Assembly: GCA_036785375.1 (NCBI GenBank)
Contig: JAWMAR010000077.1
Location: 248,001-312,000 of the forward strand
Reading direction: 5' to 3'
Origin: Leucoraja ocellata
Lineage: Eukaryota
Length of the DNA: 64,000 nt
Shown here piece by piece: positions 62,901-64,000 of this stretch. Positions within the stretch are counted from its first letter, which is position 1; each line of letters starts with the position of its first letter. The position numbers and the translations under genes were made by a program. The notes beneath the pieces were generated by a model. The model worked only from the letters and a program-made list of their open reading frames with translations. It searched no databases and was not told where the DNA came from.

Positions 62901-63807
62901 ATTTGGGATGGGGCAATAAATGCTGGCCTCGCCAGTGATATCCTGACCTCAAGAAATGAAGAGATGAAAATAAAGTACATGGTGCCATTACTGCTATCCC
63001 AGGCTGAAGCAGCCTTGCTCAGCTGTAGCATCTAACCCTCCAAAAATAATGCTTACATTTGTGCTTTCAGCGTAAATGAGACTTCTGTTACTATAGCTGA
63101 AGCTGCCTGTGAGATCCAGTTTGTGAACGACACCTACATTGTGTGCATCACTGGGGCACAGTCCCTTTCACAGAAGACCAAAGTCAAGGTTAACGTAGGG
63201 GGGAATGGCATCGCCAAACTGGTAAGGGAACACATGTTCATTAAAAGACACCGGCAGTCTGTGGGTGGCTGGGCTTAAGCGAGGGGGAAGGGGGGGGGGG
63301 GGGGGGGGGGTGGAGGAGGATTGGGGAGGTATAAATGGGGTAGGGTTAGACCCTAATGTACATCGTTGATTCGGTGCAAGAAATTTGAATTTTGGACTTC
63401 AGGAAGATGAGTATTTTCTCTTTTTGGGAGTCAGTAGTATAACATAAAAGCTCACCGGAGTTTGACGAGGAAGAGGTGACGTCTGTGGGTAATATCAGGG
63501 CAAATTCTGTTCCGGTAGAAGATCAGCTCATATCTTAATAAATCGCAGAACAGGCGAGGAGTTTTTCATTGCGCTTTTACCTTTGCATAATAATCTTGAC
63601 TTGAAAGGCTTCGTTTCCGTACACCATCTATTGTTCATTGCTTTCGGTAGGACTTTGCAGATTTCCACTACGTGGACGTGTGGTCATCACGGTTCACGTG
63701 GGGAGGACTGTCTCCCCCTGAGAGAGGCTCACTGGTCGTCATCACCAAGGGACAGACCATACTGCTGGACCAAAGCACCCCTGTGTTGAAGATGCTCCTC
63801 ATTCAAG
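5713..63807 (+). CDS. PKHD1L1: Fibrocystin-L (PKHD1-like 1), partial multi-exon gene; 29 intact exons in window (PA14, IPT/TIG repeats, start of G8)
   Basis: Hand-spliced AG/GT-bounded exons give peptides colinear with human PKHD1L1 as I recall it (GGRGLKLE.W; YTEQQTGDAVNE; ALNDLWSI.PD; TDAFCGRYS.KNP; GGLFRQ...GDL.RTP; EF.RRFVLLP; GSLVVITKGQTILLDQSTP.LKMLLIQG). Intron phases match at every junction except 38843/45605. Confidence 0.95.
6256..6853 (-). mobile_element. CR1 LINE 3' fragment, young
   Basis: LVRPHLEYCVQFWSP...RLRGDLIETYKI...VVNLWNSLP. Confidence 0.93.
6854..7290. mobile_element. MITE (GCCCCTGTCCCAC-terminal family), one end only, with an internal 4 x 20-bp tandem repeat
   Basis: Right end gtgggacaggggc; ctgcaacctccgggaaccac x4 at 6971-7050; same family as 52943-53193. 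Confidence 0.75.
7414..7505 (+). CDS. PKHD1L1: PKHD1L1 exon w2
   Basis: ttcttag|ACT...GG|gtaagt; TKVASGSRQYGDYSSSYSHASDTMRLEKGK; phase 0 to 2. Confidence 0.85.
8026..8790 (+). mobile_element. CR1 LINE 3' fragment, young
   Basis: ORF 8019-8606 is the CR1 ORF2 C-terminus; TTTCTATG tail. Confidence 0.93.
9468..9758 (+). mobile_element. Rex/Babar-type LINE 3' end with (ATTC)n tail
   Basis: RRLRTVKAATPRHKNSFFPRVVALLN-like C-terminus, then AATAAA and (TTCA)n. Confidence 0.6.
10683..10842 (+). CDS. PKHD1L1: PKHD1L1 exon w3
   Basis: tttcacag|A...CAG|gtcagt; YYMEVVLEE...YTEQQTGDAVNEYQNIRAYSQVVHEKQ; phase 2 to 0. Confidence 0.92.
11519..11879. mobile_element. CpG-rich MITE, GGGCCTGTC...GACAGGCCC, flanked by TTAA on both sides
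   Basis: TIRs and TTAA at 11515-11518 and 11880-11883 seen directly; superfamily (PIF/Harbinger or Kolobok) not resolved. Confidence 0.75.
12240..15311 (+). mobile_element. Long degraded CR1 LINE: ORF1 SGNH-esterase remnant plus ORF2 endonuclease and RT
   Basis: EVVVHVG.N, VVISGLLP, DGLHLN (ORF1 esterase); CLNVRSIRNK, GDFN, LDWVL (APE endonuclease); PGPDGLHPRVLKE, QHGFMKGKSC, DFQKAFDKVPH, FADDTK (RT); multiple stops and deletions. Confidence 0.92.
15401..15536 (+). CDS. PKHD1L1: PKHD1L1 exon w4
   Basis: ttttag|GTT...G|gtatac; VVTLENWTIGNAINEVQQVTITSPCWDSGSCSYHWYRLSYNEEHT; phase 0 to 1. Confidence 0.92.
16411..16640 (-). mobile_element. HE1-like V-SINE, partial
   Basis: ttagac..agagatacag..gaaacaggccc tail and caattaacctacaaac body as in the 24924 copy. 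Confidence 0.75.
16846..17655 (+). mobile_element. Old CR1 LINE RT/3' fragment
   Basis: FADDTK, MEFNA, LERVQR motifs with many stops. Confidence 0.8.
17708..17851 (+). CDS. PKHD1L1: PKHD1L1 exon w5
   Basis: ccctag|AA...G|gtaaat; FLPADASGKQIEQALNDLWSIRPDNVKV...MVTFISTR; phase 1 to 1. Confidence 0.93.
18070..18320. repeat. Degenerate (CA)-rich microsatellite tract
   Basis: cacacacc/acatacac/gcacacgcacac runs. Confidence 0.8.
18388..18545 (+). CDS. PKHD1L1: PKHD1L1 exon w6
   Basis: gtgaag|GG...GAG|gtgcgt; GDFDFLQHEVMGGSNISIEVVEQVQGRPSMDTFTLRLEGINSRPLPWAATVDE; phase 1 to 0. Confidence 0.88.
18974..19616 (+). mobile_element. CR1 LINE 3' fragment
   Basis: LVRPHLEYCVQF, VQRRFTRLIPG; TTTCTATG tail. 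Confidence 0.9.
19696..19800 (+). CDS. PKHD1L1: PKHD1L1 exon w7
   Basis: ccacag|GTC...ATG|gtatgt; VKVALDELMGVKCPEHIAGYKNGYAVKYFNDFEEM; phase 0 to 0. Confidence 0.9.
21074..21208 (+). CDS. PKHD1L1: PKHD1L1 exon w8
   Basis: ttgcag|GCC...CAG|gtgaga; ASTSHSGQLTMETDAFCGRYSVKNPYYLF...VYKQ; phase 0 to 0. Confidence 0.9.
22244..22365 (+). CDS. PKHD1L1: PKHD1L1 exon w9
   Basis: tttcag|CTT...CA|gtaagt; LCFAYKGILKDNIRLLLSYNDKSQTVTRYFWLEYRFAQEN; phase 0 to 2. Confidence 0.9.
22670..22850 (+). mobile_element. Ancient Deu-domain SINE remnant (AmnSINE1/SacSINE1-like); related pieces near 59780-59860 (-), 900-960 (-), 48885-48945 (+)
   Basis: cagtgcagtac...tctttcagatgtgacattgaa...ccaccatttacccctcagcc resembles the Deu-domain consensus as I recall it. 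Confidence 0.5.
23174..24131. repeat. Diverged inverted repeat (arms about 23174-23403 and 23877-24131) bracketing exon w10
   Basis: atgcacgtcacagagcagcaggtctccatggatttgatgctcctt versus reverse complement of right arm atgcacgtcacagagaacagcaggactccatggatttaatgctcctt; similarity extends over the full arms. Confidence 0.9.
23684..23847 (+). CDS. PKHD1L1: PKHD1L1 exon w10
   Basis: ttccag|G...G|gtattt; WSYTCINLLSSVQAAYSTGTNFMLKSI...YFVDTVYIGQHATTSSQK; phase 2 to 1, 164 nt. Confidence 0.92.
24924..25256 (-). mobile_element. Near full-length HE1-like V-SINE
   Basis: Reverse complement: gggcagtcaccgtggcgcagcggtagag...ccgggttcgatcc (B box)...gagtttgtacgttctccccgtg (V-domain)...(CTAAA)n tail. Confidence 0.85.
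25384..25556 (+). CDS. PKHD1L1: PKHD1L1 exon w11
   Basis: ccacag|GT...CAG|gtcagt; PPVRSLPPLIARGILIKQF...TNEYEITMVPFNCSFNIPLLEIGFAQ; phase 1 to 0. Confidence 0.9.
26659..26806 (+). CDS. PKHD1L1: PKHD1L1 exon w12
   Basis: tttttcag|CTT...G|gtgagt; LESNVTKNEATFQGITWPKGSLIRVRRTRTASPPITGTLDIEIFGRQLK; phase 0 to 1. Confidence 0.9.
27391..27623 (-). mobile_element. CR1 LINE 3' end
   Basis: FFTQRVVSLWNSLPQKAVEA...GYGEKAG. Confidence 0.88.
28000..28210. repeat. Degenerate tandem ggtcactggg repeats
   Basis: About 10 imperfect copies of ggtca(c/t)tggg. Confidence 0.7.
28341..28492 (+). CDS. PKHD1L1: PKHD1L1 exon w13
   Basis: tttgaag|GA...CAG|gtgaga; GLPVSASDVEMQYNLQSIPEIRSVSVQRGGSCSYSYWNVKWLKAGKQPNLQ; phase 1 to 0. 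Confidence 0.92.
28968..29863 (+). mobile_element. Old CR1 fragments
   Basis: VHSSLK, LVRLH.E, ERV.KRF and RLRGDLI remnants. Confidence 0.75.
30024..30146 (+). CDS. PKHD1L1: PKHD1L1 exon w14
   Basis: gaacag|GTT...CAG|gtatgt; VNGSNVQGVNAQVNVYQWKSGGLFRQRLIGDLFRTPHSLPQ; phase 0 to 0. Confidence 0.92.
31699..31804 (+). CDS. PKHD1L1: PKHD1L1 exon w15
   Basis: caacag|GTG...G|gtatgt; VHVSINGIPSNCSGNCGYMWNSAKTPVITGISPSR; phase 0 to 1. Confidence 0.93.
32327..33049 (+). mobile_element. 5'-truncated Penelope-like element (GIY-YIG endonuclease C-terminus and tail), 12-bp TSD
   Basis: FTCISSNLIYCVRCSRCQLIYIGETKRRLGDRFAEHLRSV...PGGMN; TSD catagcaagtca at 32315-32326 and 33050-33061. Confidence 0.92.
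32954..32982 (+). ncRNA. Minimal type I hammerhead ribozyme-like core in Penelope tail
   Basis: CTGAAGA-A-GGGT(TTCG)GCCC-GAAAA-CGTT; one extra A in the GAAA box. Confidence 0.55.
33062..33525. repeat. Degenerate ~40-bp minisatellite (gtgaccatgccca.tgtgtaatgtccagcccagagca)
   Basis: About 11 imperfect units; the array begins near 32215 and is split by the Penelope insertion. Confidence 0.75.
33554..33673 (+). CDS. PKHD1L1: PKHD1L1 exon w16 (IPT/TIG)
   Basis: ctgcag|GT...G|gtgagc; GSALSGTVLTISGYRFANSSKTDTTWVAIGEANCPITRVT; phase 1 to 1. Confidence 0.9.
34938..35577 (-). mobile_element. CR1 LINE 3' fragment, young
   Basis: ORF 35034-35591 is the CR1 ORF2 C-terminus. Confidence 0.93.
35654..35818 (+). 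CDS. PKHD1L1: PKHD1L1 exon w17 (IPT/TIG)
   Basis: cattag|AT...G|gtaacg; TEITCLAGPG...ELGFAKHSGNRMFTFTYELEVTSIFPSEGSTE; phase 1 to 1. Confidence 0.9.
36200..36840. repeat. C/T-rich low-complexity tract (G4-prone on the minus strand)
   Basis: Nearly pure pyrimidine/C-run sequence. Confidence 0.85.
36934..38095 (-). mobile_element. Penelope-like element fragment (RT C-terminus, GIY-YIG, tail)
   Basis: LPILDLTI...TDIYYKPTNSHGYLDY.SSHP...SQFLRIRRIC; TFPCNRRKC.TC; frameshifted. Confidence 0.9.
38722..38843 (+). CDS. PKHD1L1: PKHD1L1 exon w18 (IPT/TIG)
   Basis: tttcag|GT...CCT|gtgagt; GGTILTISGSSFPPDTAVLIGEKNCTLLTQFLFEITCRTPP; phase 1 to 0. Confidence 0.9.
38860..39610. repeat. G/T-rich low-complexity tract (G4-prone in the pre-mRNA)
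   Basis: Dense GGG(G) runs directly after the exon w18 donor. Confidence 0.85.
39687..40260 (+). pseudogene. Decayed remnant of two expected PKHD1L1 IPT exons (stop codon, frameshifts, SINE insertion)
   Basis: Strong acceptor ccctgtccttttacag at 39686, then TNEC*ASVLFIQGQTVT..DSF..ASSFTLV. It is followed across frameshifts by KLTI..G..FGT (39781-39816), ECEYLFHKFT and C-LLP (39861-39906), and after a SINE by NW(G)F(A)-like sequence (40246-40260). These echo the recalled human segments NLTIKGYNFGN, TCQILHWNFTDIRCLLP and NWGFAS. Confidence 0.6.
39915..40207 (+). mobile_element. HE1-like V-SINE inserted within the decayed exon remnant
   Basis: gcgcag..tagatttgctgc...gtgttcaatcc...ggagtttgttcgttctcccc...(CTAAA) tail; possible TSD tacagt at 39907-39912 and 40208-40213. 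Confidence 0.8.
40874..42670 (-). mobile_element. Young CR1 LINE ORF2 fragment with two internal deletions
   Basis: Three long open segments (41982-42668, 41494-41970, 40971-41651); the RT core between FQKAFDK and GEMQRDLG is missing. Confidence 0.93.
44520..44911. mobile_element. hAT-like non-autonomous element (GC-rich body, gcgtgaga repeats, terminus gttggcaggtctg)
   Basis: Terminal ~80 nt match 3325-3404. Confidence 0.55.
45268..45423. other. Assembly gap (156 N)
   Basis: Run of N; preceded by a minus-strand CR1 fragment at about 44995-45267. Confidence 0.99.
45605..45747 (+). CDS. PKHD1L1: PKHD1L1 exon w19 (IPT/TIG)
   Basis: ctctgcag|C...G|gtaagt; CFMNASIEYVLRVIGMSPTLGSLNGGTTITISGAGFSPILEDNDVKL; phase 2 to 1. 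Confidence 0.9.
45905..46485 (-). mobile_element. 5'-truncated Penelope-like element, 15-bp TSD
   Basis: GIY-YIG ORF 46114-46521; TSD atctgattgaggaag at 45890-45904 and 46486-46500; hammerhead-like core at 45970-45997 on the minus strand. Confidence 0.92.
46543..46647 (+). CDS. PKHD1L1: PKHD1L1 exon w20
   Basis: tcacag|GC...A|gtaggt; GSVRCPITFASHNVLECVLGPTGRTFFITNNGSHP; phase 1 to 1. Confidence 0.9.
46900..47347 (-). mobile_element. CR1 LINE 3' fragment
   Basis: EERLDRLGLY..RRLRGDLIETY; TTTCTA tail. Confidence 0.9.
47758..47946 (+). CDS. PKHD1L1: PKHD1L1 exon w21
   Basis: ggacag|CA...G|gtgagt; LGVGYSWNSSSLEILVGDTVHWIWESPPLLQGLRYRVFSVSKPSDVNYKGKGFISG; phase 1 to 1. Confidence 0.93.
48350..48660. 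repeat. G/A-rich polypurine tract (G4- or triplex-prone)
   Basis: Almost pure G/A with long G runs. Confidence 0.85.
48999..49169 (+). CDS. PKHD1L1: PKHD1L1 exon w22
   Basis: gtatag|GT...G|gtgagc; GSFSYTFTSPGMFFYSSGLIDQKGTIFLQGVVHV...FEAEYAP; phase 1 to 1. Confidence 0.93.
49240..49673. mobile_element. CpG-rich MITE with ~59-bp near-perfect TIRs (GGGCCTGTCCCACT family)
   Basis: gggcctgtcccactaggccgtcatttgcgcctcattta.gc.tcatatgtaaaataggt mirrored at the right end; TAA-like flanks. Confidence 0.85.
50470..51805. mobile_element. Two old CR1 RT fragments back to back (minus about 50470-51275, plus about 51277-51805)
   Basis: QFWSPHYRKDVEALERVQRRF on minus; SGVPQGS.LG, YINDLD, VHSSLKV on plus. 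Confidence 0.8.
52040..52500 (-). mobile_element. Old Rex/Babar-type LINE 3' fragment
   Basis: Reverse complement contains SFFLTVIRFL-like and LPPSGR-like C-terminal motifs. Confidence 0.5.
52943..53193. mobile_element. Short MITE (GCCCCTGTCCCAC family), ~65-bp TIRs, duplicated right terminus
   Basis: TIRs seen directly; taagtgggacaggggca occurs twice in tandem (53161-53194). Confidence 0.85.
53316..53545 (+). CDS. PKHD1L1: PKHD1L1 exon w23
   Basis: cgttag|GA...GAG|gtaatt; ...LCHTPTISSITPSNGTLFDRLTIVGTGFSNVTCANE; phase 1 to 0. Confidence 0.9.
54067..55077 (+). mobile_element. 5'-truncated Penelope-like element (RT C-terminus, linker, GIY-YIG, tail)
   Basis: ORF 54160-54891: RVPLVLTFHP...CNRKKCNTC...IYIGETKRRLGDRFAEH...GMN; possible 6-bp TSD tacgtt at 54061-54066 and 55078-55083. 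Confidence 0.92.
54984..55011 (+). ncRNA. Minimal type I hammerhead ribozyme-like core with GUC triplet
   Basis: CTGAAGA-A-GGGT(TTCG)GCCC-GAAA-CGTC; palindromic ACGT in helix III; helix I is only ~2 bp. Confidence 0.65.
55212..56199 (+). CDS. PKHD1L1: PKHD1L1 exon w24, large 988-nt exon encoding several IPT/TIG repeats
   Basis: ttccag|GTA...G|gtgagt; VRVGGRPCVVEHSTESELLC...EFSRRFVLLPHVD...GGTTLSITGNGF...TPTILAISPTT; phase 0 to 1. Confidence 0.96.
56249..56649 (+). mobile_element. CR1 LINE 3' fragment 50 nt downstream of exon w24
   Basis: LRGDLIETYKILKG...GEKAGTGY; TTTCTATG tail. Confidence 0.92.
56690..57190. repeat. C/A-rich low-complexity tract
   Basis: Dense CCC runs; similar tract at 20720-21000. 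Confidence 0.75.
57534..57782 (+). CDS. PKHD1L1: PKHD1L1 exon w25 (GC splice donor)
   Basis: ttttag|GT...GAAG|gcatgt; GASGTRLTIVG...CSVTMANESCVECTVGHHAGGTYP...ISVFPTE; phase 1 to 1 only if the GC donor is used. Confidence 0.88.
58626..58797 (-). mobile_element. HE1-like V-SINE, internally deleted
   Basis: (TTTAG)n tail, gtacaaact and caactctaccgc head. Confidence 0.7.
58869..59018 (+). CDS. PKHD1L1: PKHD1L1 exon w26
   Basis: tcttag|GC...G|gtgagg; GSFGGGLLLTVWGTGFDGERSRVFVCDGECKV...LRCYLPLNN; phase 1 to 1. Confidence 0.93.
59925..60400. mobile_element. CpG-rich MITE (GGGCCTGTCCCACT family), right TIR only
   Basis: Ends agtgggacaggccc-ttaa; internal gcgcgaggattt motif shared with the 49240 copy. 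Confidence 0.7.
61200..61374 (+). CDS. PKHD1L1: PKHD1L1 exon w27
   Basis: gtctag|GG...AG|gtgagt; GTGPQQECNVTVAN...FTYASALTPVVTGIKPRRGGTAGGTKLTIKGTGF; phase 1 to 2. Confidence 0.93.
62164..62541 (-). mobile_element. HE1-like V-SINE carrying a nested ~65-bp LINE tail insertion (62352-62418)
   Basis: SINE head, body and tail are intact around aatgcatttcgttgtctctgtactgtacactgacaatgacaattaaaattgaatctgaatctga, which is nearly identical to 52729-52795. Confidence 0.8.
63071..63221 (+). CDS. PKHD1L1: PKHD1L1 exon w28
   Basis: tttcag|C...CTG|gtaagg; VNETSVTIAEAACEIQFVNDTYIVCITGAQS...VGGNGIAKL; phase 2 to 0. Confidence 0.92.
63651..63807 (+). CDS. PKHD1L1: PKHD1L1 exon w29 (start of G8 domain)
   Basis: cggtag|GAC...G|gtgatt; DFADFHYVDVWSSRFTWGGLSPPERGSLVVITKGQTILLDQSTPVLKMLLIQ. 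Confidence 0.95.
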
Positions 63808-64000
63808 GTGATTACCGCCTGGTTGACCCTAGCAGTGTCGTTAGTTGCCACAGCGTAAATTGCAACGGGGTTCAGGGAGGCGGGGAGGGTGGACTGGGAC
63901 CGAAGGCAGTCACAGTTCTGTGGATTCAGGGAGCTCCAAACACAGCTCCAAAGAAAATCACCAAATCTAAGCTGGACGAGCTCCTGTGCTGCTTGTACAT

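Overview
Eukaryotic genomic DNA, most likely a cartilaginous fish (skate or ray). This is inferred from the repeat landscape: CR1 LINEs with (TTTCTATG)n tails, HE1-like V-SINEs and Penelope-like GIY-YIG elements. The window lies inside one large + strand gene, PKHD1L1 (fibrocystin-L). I traced 29 intact, phase-compatible coding exons from 5713 to 63807, running from the PA14 domain through a long run of IPT/TIG repeats to the start of the G8 domain; the gene continues beyond both window edges. Introns are filled with CR1, Penelope, Rex/Babar-type LINE, SINE and MITE remnants and with G- or C-rich low-complexity tracts, and there is a 156-N gap. Most notable observations: (1) a reading-frame break between exons 38722-38843 and 45605-45747, where the two expected exons appear only as a decayed, fused, SINE-interrupted remnant at about 39687-40260; (2) a ~230-bp diverged inverted repeat bracketing a single frame-shifting exon (23684-23847); (3) hammerhead-ribozyme cores in Penelope tails, two in the pre-mRNA sense orientation; (4) a GC-AG intron; (5) apparent loss of the PA14 DD motif; (6) two CR1 copies sharing a non-CR1 3' flank. 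Homology calls rest on my recollection of human PKHD1L1 and of repeat consensus motifs, not on database searches.
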